From Vicugna vicugna (Eukaryota), in assembly GCA_013265495.1 (NCBI GenBank), contig MU058059.1, forward strand, positions 310,001 to 374,000: a DNA stretch of 64,000 nucleotides, written 5' to 3'. This document shows, piece by piece, positions 39,178 through 52,545 of this stretch. The translations under genes and the position numbers were made by a program. The stretch's first letter is position 1. Each line of letters starts with the position of its first letter. The notes beneath the pieces were generated by a model. It ran no database searches and was not told the DNA's origin. It saw nothing but the letters and a program-made list of their open reading frames with translations.

Positions 39178-40217
39178 CAAGATATACTTTACATACCATG
39201 CAATTCACTCAAACTGTAAAACTCAATGATTTTTAGCATATTCACAGACTTGTCCAACTGTTACCACAGTCAAATTTAGAACATTTTCATCACTTCTAAA
39301 AATAACCCTGCACCCTTTAGCTAGCACCCCAGTCCATCCTCTCTGGTCACCCCACGCCCCCAGCCCTAAGCAACTGCTAATCTGTCTCTATAGATTTCTC
39401 TATTCTGGACACTTCACATGAACGGAGTCATAAAACGTGTGGTCTTCTGTGACTGGCGTCCTTCGCTTGGCGTAATGTTTATAATGTTCTTCCATGTTGC
39501 AGCAGGTATCAGTTCTCCATTCTTTCCTATGGCCAAATAACGCGCCATTCTTTGGATATACCACAGTTCTTCTTTATCCTTTTGTTAGCTGATAGACATT
39601 TGAGTTGGTCCCCCTTTTGGCTATTATGGATAACGTGTCCATAAACACAAGCAAATGCGTTTTTATGCAAACATGTTTTTGTTTCTCTTGGATTTATAGA
39701 TAGGAGTGGAGTTCCTGGATCATACGGTAACTCTATGTTTAATCATTGTGCAATCATCAGGCTATTTTTCAAAGCAGCTACACCATTTCACACCCCCATC
39801 AGCAGTTCATGACAGTTAAGATTTCTCCACATCCTAGCTTATACTTGTTAATATCTGACTTGCTATTTACCTGATATGCCAGAGAAAAGGAAGTAGTACG
39901 TGCTTGGCTTGTGATTTGCATTTCCCTGATGACAAATGATACTGAGCATCTTTTCATGTGCTTATTGGTCATTTGTAAACCTACCTCGGAGACATCCTTT
40001 GCCTAATACTTAGTTGGGTGGTCTTTATGTTATTGCGTGCTAAGAGTTCTTTAGAGATTCTAGACACAAGTTGCTTGTCAGATACATGGTTTGCAATTTT
40101 TTTCCATTTCGTAGGTTGTCTTTCTTAATTTACGGTAGCCACTGAAGCACAAAAGCTTCTCATTTTGAAAAGTCTAATTTATCTATCTTGTTGTTACTGT
40201 TTATGATTTCAGTGTCA
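39178..40217 (-). mobile_element. Old L1 (L1MB-like) 3' ~1 kb
   Basis: gatatactttacataccatgcaattcac...tttagaacattttcatcac...gatttgcatttccctgatgacaaatgatactgagcatcttttcatgtgcttattgg. Confidence 0.9.
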
Positions 40218-40889
40218 ATGTGCAGTGTTTAGCTATAATTCCAAGTCTGACCATTTTAGGATGCCATGGTGACTTTGGACCCAAGGCACGTCAGTATTCT
40301 TAAAGTAACAACAGTCTGTGTGGATTTCACGTGCGGGAAGACACATGTCATGCGTTCCGTGAAGGGTGTCTAGTACATTAGTCTATGAACCATAGACTAT
40401 TCTTCGCATCTTAAAAGAAAACTGCTGAGAGCTAGCTTTGTGTAAAAAGCCATTTTGTAACTGCACTTGCTGTAACTATCTTTTTTTGGGTGGTATGGTG
40501 CGAATTACCCTTCGTGGATTGTTACCACGTGTGACTACAACCCGGACAGCTTCCAGAGACACTACTGTGACAGACTCAGCAGGGGTAGCACAAAGCTATC
40601 TTGTCCTCTCGCTTTATGTATTTTGGCTCCCTGGATTTTTATTTGCCCCAGTATCAATATTATTGGCATTAAAGTCTATTATTCATGGAGTTGGACATAG
40701 AATGCCTGCCCTCACTCTGCGCCCAGCTCTCTAAAAGCCTCCTTCCCTGCCTTCCTTCTCTTACAAACCTACCATTGAACAGCCCTCTAGTTAGGGGCCC
40801 TGACAGTGGGAAGAGAGCTTTTGATTTTTTTGGACTCTGGACATGTTCAAACTGTTTTAGGTGCTAAAAAAAAAAAAGGCCATCCTTAC

Positions 40890-40958
40890 CTTTGGTTCTT
40901 TGTTAGCCTTTTGTTGTGGCTGTTATTCAGTAGTTGGTAATGATATCTTCATTGCAGA
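40890..40958 (-). other. Candidate 69-nt non-coding exon
   Basis: Minus strand: gcttaacattgtgccctattgtataaactatag|TCTGCAATG...GAACCAAAG|gtaagg; strong donor, weak pyrimidine tract; stops in all frames. Confidence 0.35.
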
Positions 40959-41240
40959 CTATAGTTTATACAATAGGGCACAATGTTAAGCAAATATTCA
41001 TGTGAGAGGGCTATTTCTACATTGATACAGTACTTCCATTCCCAGAATAATAATCTGAAAGAGCGCTACAGTTCTTTTCAGTGAACAACAACATGGAAAA
41101 TCTTTAGCTCTTCTCCCCAAACAAGCATCAAAGTATTCCTTGGCGTTGGATGCAGATGTAAACACTAGTACAGTTCGTCCATCTGCTGGCTCAGACAAGC
41201 TAGCATCCTACCGGAAGCTGTCATATGTGAAGGCAATGAT

Positions 41241-41276
41241 GACGTGGACCATGGTGACGCGGACCATGGTGACGTG
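41241..41276. repeat. 15-bp tandem repeat, 2.4 copies (gacgYggaccatggt)
   Basis: gacgtggaccatggt gacgcggaccatggt gacgtg. Confidence 0.9.
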
Positions 41277-41602
41277 AGGAACAAGGAGGAAACAGACCTG
41301 GATTTAAGTTCTTAGTGGTTCCTTTTAGCTGTGTAACACTCCTTAGGTCATTTAAATTTTCTGTGTTTCTTCTTTCATGAAATAGAAATAATAACACTTC
41401 ACAGAGTAACCTTAGTAACATTTATGAAAATATATTATAAAATGAAACCCTTTAAACATCCATAAAGTTTTTGTCTTTTGCCAACATTAAGTACAAAAGC
41501 AACACTGGCATTTACTAATTTTTATTTGGACAATGTCCCTTGTCTGGGGCATTTTAGATCTACCAAGTAATGTTGTTTTTATAGTGACTGCAAGAGGCTG
41601 TA

Positions 41603-41732
41603 TTTATCTATTTTCCCCCAGTTTTATTGAGATTTAATTGATATATGACATTGTGCAAGTTTAAGGTGTACAAGATGATGATCTGATATATGTAAATGTG
41701 GTGAAATGTTTACATTGTAAGTTTAGTTAACA
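41603..41732 (-). mobile_element. 130-bp L1 3' tip (L1MA-like) with 12-bp TSD
   Basis: gttttattgagatttaattgatatatgacattgtgcaagtttaaggtgtac...; caagaggctgta at 41591-41602 and 41733-41744. Confidence 0.9.
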
Positions 41733-44700
41733 CAAGAGGCTGTAAACTACTTAGACTAAATTTAAGGTATTAATGACAGGGCCACCTTATTTGGAAAAGA
41801 CCACATGGGCTTCAAATATAAAATGTTGATTGAATCTTGGTCCTAGTGATGAAGTGCATGGTGGGTAAAATTCAGACACAACTGTAGGCAAACAAACTAT
41901 CTGGTCTCCCAGTAGTCCAACAAATATTTGAATACTTGTATCAATAATTTAAAACATGACTTAAATGTGTTTGACATTCTAAATATTAAGAAAACTATAA
42001 AAATTAGCCTTTTTTCTTAACTACAGTTAATATTTCTTATAAACCAGAAAGACCCATTGTTTTATATTAAATTTACTAATACTAAAAATCATTTTTCAAC
42101 TGTCTGAAGATTAATAAAACTTAAGTACATAATCTCAAAATCATGATTTTAATTAATGGTAAATTTTATATGTTCCACTAACCATGCCAGATAACTTTGT
42201 TGGTATTAATTCATCTCACTGTAACAAAAATCATCAAGGTACACCTGTGACTGTTTTTTAACCATAAATTTAATTTTTCATAAAAAAGTCACTATGTCAT
42301 AGTTTGCCCAATTTCTTTTCAATTACAATGACTAAAAATAAGCTGTCACTTTATAACTGCCAGATACTGTTCTTAGATCTTATTTTCTTGCAATATTGCT
42401 AAAATTTTTCTGACATTTACATTCTTTTCCATTCATATTATCAAATAAGGAACACCAGCTTTTGGTTGCTATTTAACTTCAACATGAACTTCACATTCCT
42501 GATATTGAATAAAATCCTAATACCTGTAAAAGTTCGTTTTAAGATTTTTTTTTTATCATGTGTAAGTCCTGACAACCCTTCAAGGTAAAAATTAATTAAA
42601 GTTATAATGTTCATTATTCTATGCATTCATTCATTCATCTAGCCAAAAATGTTTATGAATAAATAATCTTGTCAGGCACTGCTCCTAGTTCTTGGAATAC
42701 ATCCATGAACAAACCCCCCAATTCTACACTGTTTCCCATCTCTTTCCACCCCATCAAGTTTTAAGCAGTAATTTATCAAATGTTGACATCCATTCTTCCA
42801 CAGTTTGATAAAAGCAATACAGCTTTTAGCATCTGCAGGGACGTATTTCCCTGCAGAGGTCTTTCTATGGAGCAGGCTCCACGTGTCTTCCTTCCCAATG
42901 ATGACGTAAAGCAACAATCACGTCTTACACTTGCGAGGCTGGCGCCGCTGGGCACAGAACTGACAGGAAATACTCAATGACTAATTACTTCCGGAACAGA
43001 ATTATCAGGACAATTTTAAGCTATCATTACTACTTCCATCCTTTGTAGTCTTCTAAAATAAGCCTCATTTTCTTTTTATGATCTTATAGAAACATAAATT
43101 TCTCTTTAATCCTAAAATTGTCTTTGGTTAAACCGTGATCTGTCCTACCAGAAATACATGAATCCCACCTGCTAATTTCGAAATAAACTATCAACCTAAT
43201 TCTAGTTTCAACTTTTATCATTTGAAATTTCAAAAAGGAGTACCTGTTAGGTGTCAACATTTATTTCTATGCTGTAACAATGGCCTAAAGGCAGCTGCTT
43301 CTGAGATATGTAAAAGTTGGAGAAATGTTAGAGTCACATAGCTGTATTTTTTTTATTTGTCTGCTTTCAAATTTTTAAAAATGTGGCCCATCTGTAGATG
43401 TAGCTTGCATTCATACTGGTTATATCTCCCATAACTGGCTTTCATTCATTTCTATGTACCTATTATTTTCTGCTATTTCCCACATCACAGCAATTTTTCT
43501 GTAAAATAAGTATTCAGGGTTTCTCTGGAAAACACAAAGTTGAGCTCACATCTAAATTTCCTTAGGCTCACACAAACACACACACACGCTACATATAAAT
43601 AAAAATATAAATATGGACAAATGCATATACACAGACATAAATAAACATGACATATAAATAAATACATATATACTTCCTATATTTACGATTTCATGTATCA
43701 TAGATTTTCTCTGAGTGAAACTCCTGTAAAAATTGTCAAGCTAATGAACTCTAAACATCATTCTGCTTTGTCATGAGCACTTGTGCCACTAAGAAATGTC
43801 TAAAATGTTTTGTTAATAATCCAATCAGTATTCCTAGTTGCTATAAATGTCATGATAACGTTTTTGACAAAAGAATAAACACGGTAGATTTCTCTGATGG
43901 TGAGATAAAACGATTTGTGAGTAGAGCTGTTACAGATGAGGTATCTGGTAGTAACATACACTCTGATAAATTAGTCCCTTGGAGAAACAAAAATAGTGTG
44001 TACAAAGCCAGAAATTCATCTTCACCACACTCATCAATTTTAATTGCAGCCTAACTAAAGGAATAGATCTGATGTATGTTCACCACTGCCAGCATTTCAG
44101 AAAACAGTAAAATACTTTAGACTTGAAAAAAGGGGTTTACCATGGGAGGGGCTAACGTCATAGTTATCGTGTTAACAAATCTTAAACTGTATTTGTTAAG
44201 AAAGGAAAGTCTCCCTAAATTTATGCACTGAGAAAGCAGAAGCAGTGTGAGCTGTGGTCATACGACCGGTCCAGCACTGAAAGGAAGGGGCACTCTCTTC
44301 AGTTCTGCCGTGGCAGCTGCCCCTGACTTAAAGTGTACAGAATACAGATATGAACACAGCAAACCATTACAGGAAGCATGTCATCAAGCAGTGGGCACTA
44401 AACTGTCTTGTCTATTTTGTCTCAGTTGTGTCATTTTATAATACGTAATTTCAAAAATTGTAATGAGTTAGTTCACTGTGTCAGTCTTCGCCACATAGGC
44501 TGGGGAAAACTTCTTTCTCAGGGGATCATGTGAAAAATGAGAAAATGAATGGGACAAGGAACAGGAAGTGGCTCTTAGGGCTCAATATGGATCTACTGCA
44601 AACATGGCTGTCAAAAGAAGCTAAGGAAACACGGCTGCAGAACAAGCAGTAAACACAGGAAGAAAGCGAGCATCGCAGTGGACGTCTGCACAGATCAGAC

Positions 44701-45174
44701 CCCAGGGATGTGTAATGCTGGTTTCTGGGAGTCATTTTCAAAAAGGATGGTGAAAATGCATTCAAGTGCTTTTTGAATTAAGTAAATGCTCCTGAAACCT
44801 TACAATATGAGTGACAGTTAAAGAAAATGAGCATGTAAGATGGGATGGTGAGAAACTATTTGTGTCTTTGAATACTTGAGGGACATTATGTAGCAGAAGG
44901 ATTAGATTTCCTTCGGCTTCCTGAACCAGTACTAACACCTAAATATCTTCGTTACTACCTATGGGTAAAGGGCCCTCCAAAATCAATTTGAGAATTAGAA
45001 CAAAAACTGACAGGGATTGCCAATTCTGGAGAAAATCATTTCATTACATTTCACTTTACACACCCTTTCCTTCAAGACACCTCGTGTGCAAATTTAAACA
45101 GCAGAATAGGAAAACTTGATCATCAGGAGAGCTTGTAAAGTACGTTTGCAAAAGACGAAGCCTTAGTGTAAAGG

Positions 45175-45303
45175 CAGGAGAGGCTAAGCTACGGCGTTTA
45201 GGAGGTGAGATGTATTAAACGCATTTTCAACTTAGGATGTTTTCAGCTTACAGTGGGTTTGCTGGGATACAATCCCATCGTAAGTTCCAAGGAACAGCGA
45301 CGT
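45175..45303. mobile_element. Tigger-family (MER47-like) DNA transposon end
   Basis: ggctaagctacggcgtttaggaggtgagatgtattaaacgcattttcaacttagg...gggatacaatcccatcgtaagt. Confidence 0.8.
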
Positions 45304-45916
45304 ACTGGCTGAGCGTGTACGTGGGCAGCTGCTCCCTGCCGTGCGCTCTTACGTGTGTGTTTGGGGGAGGGCAGGAGAATCATGTGTTTTAATGGGCTAG
45401 ACTCACAGCGTCCTGCAAAGTGTAACCGATTCTCTGCCGAGGTGTCACCAAGAACCAGCAACATGCAAGGAACGGGAGGTGACAAGATGGAAAAGCTCGT
45501 GTGGCCTCAGAGCAACATCACAGTCACGCCCCTGGCAGTCCTCCGCCTTGAGGAAGGCCAGGAGTTGTTTGAAATCAGAAAAGCGAAAGGCAATGGAAGT
45601 GCTGCTTAATAACCAGTAAAAATCACAGACTGTTCCGGGGACTCCACGGCCGCGTTGAGTCTGCTCAACGTCCACGGGACTTCCTAAGGGGCCAAGGTGG
45701 ACTCCACTGCTGTCAAAACGTTCTCTACAACAAGTGCAGGGATTACGGAGGTGGGGCGGTGGTGGGAGGGGGAGAGGTGTCTCCTCCAATAGATTTGTAA
45801 ATATGAAAGTTTTCAGAAGGAACGGCTTAAGGAAAGCTCCCCGGGAAGAAGAATTTTTAGAGATTTCTGTCAGAAACCAAGAGGAGGGGACGGGCACACC
45901 TAGCCCCGAAGTCCTG

Positions 45917-46217
45917 TTAGAGTCCACGTGTGAGTGACATCACGCGGCGCTTGTCTTCCTCCTTCCGGCTTCCTTCACTCAGTATGATAAAATGAAATTG
46001 TTTACAAAGCAGAAAACAGACACACAGACATAGAAAACAAACTTACGATTACCAGAGGGAAATGGGGGAGCGAGGGATAAACTGGGAGTCTGGGATTTGC
46101 AGACACTAACTACTATGTATAAAATACATAAACAACAAGGTCCTGCTGCACAGCACTGGGAACTACATCAATATCCCTAATAACCTACAATGAAAAAGAA
46201 TGAGTGTGTGTGTGTGT
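45917..46217 (+). mobile_element. Short L1 3'UTR with 5' inversion (inverted 45917-45989), GC-shifted, tail missing
   Basis: ttagagtccac...cactcagtatgata (antisense) joined to aaatgaaattgtttacaaagcagaaaacagacacacagac (sense). Confidence 0.85.
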
Positions 46218-47502
46218 CAGTATAATGTACACAGGAGGTGTTATGCCCACAGGTGTGGTCTTTATCATGAAAGACTATTAAATAGTCACGTAAGGAGACT
46301 GTTTAAAGAACCTGCCAACCAGATGGCCCAGTGAATTTGGAACTTTCCAAACTCCAGCTGTTGCCATGTGTGATACACATACTTTTTTTTTTTTAAAGAA
46401 TACAGTTTGGATTATTTCCCAGATACATACACACATATTTAATGCCAACCACAGGTCACGGTCACAGTCAGCACAATGAAGTAGGTACACTTGTATCTAC
46501 CACGAGAAGCACAGTATGGTGCTAGGTAACACGGTGTCTCACTATTAATTTATATTGAGTTGGCTGGTGAAAACTTTATCTGGCAAAATGAACCCTAATA
46601 AGGTACTAGCCCCACACGTACTTAGAAATTTAACGAACATTGGTAATTACAGACATGAGAAGAATTATAGAGCACTGATCTTGAAGGAAGGGTACCACAA
46701 ACACAAAAAAGTTCAAACTACATAAAAATAAAAGTAGACATTTTGTCCAAGCTGCCTCTAGACCAGCAGTTCCCAAAGTGGGGCTGTACGTTAGACCTGC
46801 TGGGGCACCGTGTAAGCACATTTGTCAGAGCCCCACGTACAGACACTGATTCCATAGGTGACAAACATATCTGTCCAAATCTCAGCAATGCACAGAAACT
46901 ACTGCTAGATGGCTTTTATCGAAAACATTATAAATAGATGTTTTCGATCCATTTCTGGCTATTAATGAACTCAGTGTTTAAAGCTGAATAGCATAAGTCA
47001 TATGGAATTGCCCTAATTAAGTAGTGTGAGCAACAGAAATGGGCCAGAGTAAAGAAAAACAAAGCCTTTTTATGGAAATTATTACTTTTTCCTCATTACT
47101 TAACTTTTCAATTACATAAACAATATATGGCTGGTTATGGAAAACAGAAATAAAAACAAAAATCCTAACCTCCCATTATCAAAATGGTCAGTAACTGTCA
47201 CTGCTGTAAAAGGTTTTTTTTTGATGTGTGAATGTATATATTTTAAAATCAGATCATTACACTTACTTGAGTGTGATTTCTTTGTAGCAACACCTGAACA
47301 ATTTGCGTGTTGTCTGTCTCATAACATATTTTCATGATTTATCTTTCCTCATACTACAAAACAGTTTATGAGCTTCTCATTACTCAAAAAAAGTTGGAAG
47401 AAAAATATCCACTCTGAATATGGCTCTTGGATTGTATCCTTAGGATAAGTTTTTCCCTACATCTTTTAAATCAATATATTTCCAGGAATGGGCTTGGAGG
47501 TT

Positions 47503-47504
<2 letters not shown>

Positions 47505-47540
<36 letters not shown>
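47505..47540. repeat. (AC)18 perfect microsatellite
   Basis: Read directly from the sequence. Confidence 0.97.
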
Positions 47541-47542
<2 letters not shown>

Positions 47543-50500
47543 TTGTATCATATTTTCTTGCAAGTAGAAATTAGGCCAGATAGACGTTCTAAGACAATCT
47601 TTCACCCCCACACAGAAGCTGCAGAGTGGAGAAACAGGCTGGAAAGACGGTGAAGAGCGGTGCAGGACAGGGCCAAGCACCTGGCAGAAGAGACCCAGCC
47701 TTGTTCTTCCCTGTCCCCATCTTCCTAGGGACTGTCAGTGGCCTGAGTGAGCAGAGGAGATCCCTGGAGCCCACTTACAGTTTTCTACAGAAGGGACAGC
47801 TCTGAAATGTTGAACACTATCACTTACTCAAACCGGTAAAGCTGTGATTACAACACACACAGGATTCCAAAGAACACAGGGAAAAGGCGACAGAGTCTCT
47901 GGTGGGTCCAGGTGCTACTTAAGGACAAAAGTAATCAGGATTCTAATGTCTGGAAGCTACCATGTAAATTTCTCCCTTCTCTGTCTAGACCGGGATGACA
48001 GACGTGAACAGGGAAAGGTAGGGACTGGCTCCAATAATGAAGCCTGTGGTTACACACACAGGCACTTGGGAACAGACAGAACACTACCCTCAGACAAACC
48101 TCTGAAAGGGCGCCTGCAGTGGAGTCAGCCAGCAGGCAGCCTCCTCTGGCTCAGAAACGAGCCTCCTAGTTCTTAGGAGCAGGGGTGGGTAAGATCCAGT
48201 CTATAAGCTAAATTCAGTAATGTTAATAGAGATCATACCCACAACGATTAAGATCTGGCAAAATCAGATTAAACAAACACCCCAAAACAACACTGAATCA
48301 TTTAGAAGGATAGCGTCCTCATGGAGGTTTCCATATGTGAAGACAAAACCATTAGGTCACAGAACACCAAATTCTCTAGACCATACGTCATAATATTGAG
48401 GCTCATTTTTATTCAGACAGGGACAAGATCACCTGGCATTTGTTAAAGACGTTACGTTTGCATGTGCTTTCCTGAATACGGAATCAATACCTTTGTGACA
48501 AGAAGCTTTAGCTCAGAAAAACCCTTACAGCATTTAAAGTCAGGAACGTGCCATTCCAATGGTTTTCTGCAGCCCTTTCCCCTCACCCGACCTGTACCCC
48601 TACTCCCTACCAAAGAGGGGAGGTCAAGGTTTTAAGCATAAGACTGGTCACTTTAAAAACACATTCCTACTTCATTTCCTTAATTTAATACACGTTTAGG
48701 AGACTTCTCTCCCAGGAGAGGACAGACTTAAAACTTAATGCATAAAAGTTATGATGTCATTACAGTGGGTGAACCTGTAAAACTAATAGTCCATCTTCAA
48801 GGATAGGTCAAGGACAAACTTATCAAGGGCCTAGTCCACTTCAGGAATACTGGTTGAACAAATCATCGTTTGCTTTAAAATTATGTAATTATACACCCTT
48901 ATTCCACCAAATGTCCAAAATCAGAGTGTGTCAGATACATGAGGCACCCTCTCAAGCTACAGGGTAATTTGATTTGGGGAGTATGCCAAAAACGCGTGTC
49001 TTTTAAACTGGGTCTCTTCTATTTCTTTGTCTCCATCCTGTTCCCTCCTATCCCAAACAACAAGCAAATCAGTGAGTAATAACTTCCAAGGGCTTAAACT
49101 GAGCCAAATGTTGGCATATCTCATACCTACAATCTTTTATCCTTTGAGATACGCCTTTTTTTTCCCACTTGGGAGTCAAGAATCCTCCTTGGCATGACAT
49201 TCAAAGCCTTTTATCAGTTGATACTGAATCTAAACAACTCTCCTCACCTCACTTCCTGCTCATCCTTCTGAAAATACCCTATTTTCTAATCAGGCCAAAC
49301 TACACATTCTTCCTAGATGGACCACACCTGGTATATTCAATTCCCAGCTAAGATACCTTCCCAAATGTATCACACTTATCCTTCTAGACACAGATCGAAC
49401 GTCCCAGTCTCCCTGATGGCATCCTGGATTCCACAGAGTAAGAGTCGGGTTTAGTGGGAAGACCATACGTGTCCTCTGGGAGCGTTCAGAGGTGCTGTAA
49501 GGGACGGGCAGGCTGAGGCACACGTGGCCTCCATCACAGTGTCAATGCTGAACTACTTCCGTTTCTGTACTCCTTCTGCCCCTGTGGTTCCAAAGGAGCC
49601 CACGCTCACCGCACCACGCTCCTCTGCCTGGTCGTCTGGCTTCCCCTTACATGGGTGTCAATTGCCATTTGGTGAATTGTGCTGTATTACGTTCCCAAAA
49701 GACAGGTCGGCCTTATGCCCCAGAACGCAATGTCTAACGCTCAGTAGGAGCACTCCGAATTGCTGAGAGAGTGAATAAATAAGATGCCCTGAAGACTGAC
49801 TTTTCTAGCAGCGCTCAAGGGTGGGGACATCCAGTAAGATGACAGACAGGTGATAAAGAGACAAATGCGTGGACAGACAGACAGACAAAGGAATGAACGG
49901 CGGGAGGTCAAGGGACCGCAATGCTCGGCGAGCTGGTACCCTCCGCCTGGCTCTAGCACTTACTGCGCTTTGTGAAAATTTACACCAACTGTCTAATCTT
50001 CTACTTCATTACCTGTAAAGTGGGGGTAAGAAAGGCACTTATACTCTTAGTCTATTCATGACTCTAAATAAAGGTAAGTAAAGTACTCAGCAAGCGCCTG
50101 AAACGTACATTCTTGCTTATTAAATTTTAGGTATTATTATCACATAGTTTTCTGAGAGCCCTCCTCCTGTACTCAGAAAGGCTTCTATTAATTGTGTTTA
50201 AAGATGCTAACGATTACAGCAAGAGAATCAAGTGAGCCAGTATTCACTGAGAGCTTACTGTGGGCCAGTCGTCCATCAGCTCATCAGTCTTCATTGCATT
50301 CTGCAAGTTTAGCAATGAGGAAACAGGACAGAAGGACTACAGCCGGCCCAAGGTTAATGAGGAAGAGAGAGGAGAAAGTGAGATTCTCACTTCATCATCT
50401 GGGCTCTCAGCAAACAGGCAACACTCAAGCCAACTTCTGTGAAGACAGTCGCATTATGGCCCAGTCACCCCTTACCTTGATTTTGCTAAGACTTTACCTT

Positions 50501-52357
50501 ATGATCATTTTGGGTAACACCTTCGTTTCCATTCCTTGTCATCTGTAAATTCACTGAGGACAGAGTGTGTGTCACTCACCATTATAGCTCTCCTAAAACT
50601 GGAGTACACACGTGTGTTCACACACGCAACACACAAATGTAGAGGAGAAGGCAAAAAACTCGCTCCATTTTGATGGAAAAACCACAGCAGATTAAAGCAA
50701 AGGTCAGAAACATGCTAGCAAAGAGCAAATAAACGAGACCACACAAATGGAACACATGATCACACACTCACAGAGGTACACACTCCCTGGTATAATGACT
50801 TGAATTTCTAAAATCGGTAATTCAGTTCGTTCTTACACCTTCCATCTTGAATTATTTTACAGTTTAATTCCAGTTTTCCTCTCTCCTAAATCCTGCAGTT
50901 ATCACCACTTTCAGCTTGGCTGCCTTAATTAATAGCTCTGGCATGTCTGCATTCTCTGTTGGATGGACCATTTTGTGCACCAAAGGCATTCTTTACCACT
51001 AGACGCTGGCAACCTCAGCTTCAGGAGAATACATAACTACCTGGAACTACCTTCCTGAGGCCAGGCTGCAGCCCTGAGGAGCCCTATTTTGCTATCTTCT
51101 CCCATCAGCTGTGAACTAATGGGCAGAATGGGTGAATTCCACCCGAGCAGCTCCCTGGTGCCTGGCAAAGCACCACTTCCTGCTCAGTCAGTGGATGGAT
51201 TTAAACCTCCAGCATCTTCAGTCACAAACAGCTCTTCACCGTAAGTGATGAATCATCTGGAGTTACTCTCCTGGTAATGGTACGCCTACGTACTTAACCT
51301 AAGCTGGGCATGGGCTAGGTCTGTGCATTAGTTTGGATTAGCTGGGGGACTGGCTACTGCACACCGAATAATAACTATAATTACAATTTCCGAACACCAT
51401 CTGTGCAGGAAGTGCTATTCGAAACACTAGTTCTCTATTACTTTTATCTTCTAATGATAGAAGAAGAAATGTATGTCCATTTTACAAGTGAGGAATCTGG
51501 GGCTCACACAGGTTAGGTAAGGTTTACATCAAGAGAAAATGTTACCAAGTGGCAAAGGAGGGATTCCCAGGCAGGTGACCTTGACCCTGAGGCTCCCATC
51601 TCTTTCTATCATGCAGCCTCCTGACCTCGTGGAATTGCAGCTCCACCTAAGAACACCCGCCTTGGGCAAAAGTTACGGATGTCTAATATACATGTGGGAA
51701 AATGAGCAACTCCTTATTAATGAAACTTATTCATGAAGGAAAAATTTAAAAGGTATTTTATTAGACATTTTAAATAGCTATCATTTTCACATATCTTCCA
51801 TACCCACTGTCTGGTTATTTTATTAGCCCTGGTCATTTTCACACTTCCACAGGGTCCCAAGCCTTCTGCACAAAGGGTACTGAGGATCTTCGCATCTCAG
51901 AGAGCTGAAGAGTCATCCCCATCAGGATGGGCGCACTGAAACAAAGCTCTCTTCTTCCAAAGACTCTGGAAGAGATTTGCTTATATCTTCCAGGATGATG
52001 GCAAATCTCTCTCTCCCCCCATTTTTCTCTCTCTCTCTGTAATAGAAGGCAGGCAGATGTGCCAGCAACCAGTACAAGCTCAGAGTCTCCTAAATGTGCC
52101 ACTCCTCTCCCACAATGAAAACTGACTGCAAGCGCAGGTAAACATCCGGCCTCACAGCATTGTCCCGTGGGGGCTGGGGTTGGGGAGTGGGCACCAGACA
52201 GCTCTCTGGGTGCTGCTCTTACTCTCATAACCCACCTGTGTCTCTAACCTAGGGCTTGGGGATCTTCTGTTAGTATATGTGTATGAAACTGTGGCTGGCA
52301 AAATTGTTAGCTTGTAAGCAGGGAACTTTGACAGCCTTCCCTGTTTCAGAATTAATC

Positions 52358-52545
52358 CCAGAGTTTTTCAAAGTGGGTTCCTAGAGAAGCTGCATTTAAC
52401 ATCATGTGGAAACTTGTTAGAGAAGCGAATGATTGGGTCTCAGCCCAGATCTACTCAATCAGTAACTCTGGGGTTGAAGCTCAGCAATTTCTTCTGGAAT
52501 AAGCCATTCAACTAATTCTGAAACACAAAATTTATGACCCAGTGA
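52358..52545. mobile_element. MER5A-like DNA transposon relic
   Basis: tttttcaaagtgggttcc...gaaacttgttagagaagcgaat...cccagatctactcaatcagtaactctgggg. Confidence 0.8.

Noticed and set aside
47480..47488. Perfect GAS motif TTCCAGGAA (also at 22236-22244)
   Set aside because: Isolated 9-mers are expected by chance in 64 kb.
51295..51350. Faint similarity to 5S rRNA (ctaagctgggcatgggctagg)
   Set aside because: Too short and divergent to support.
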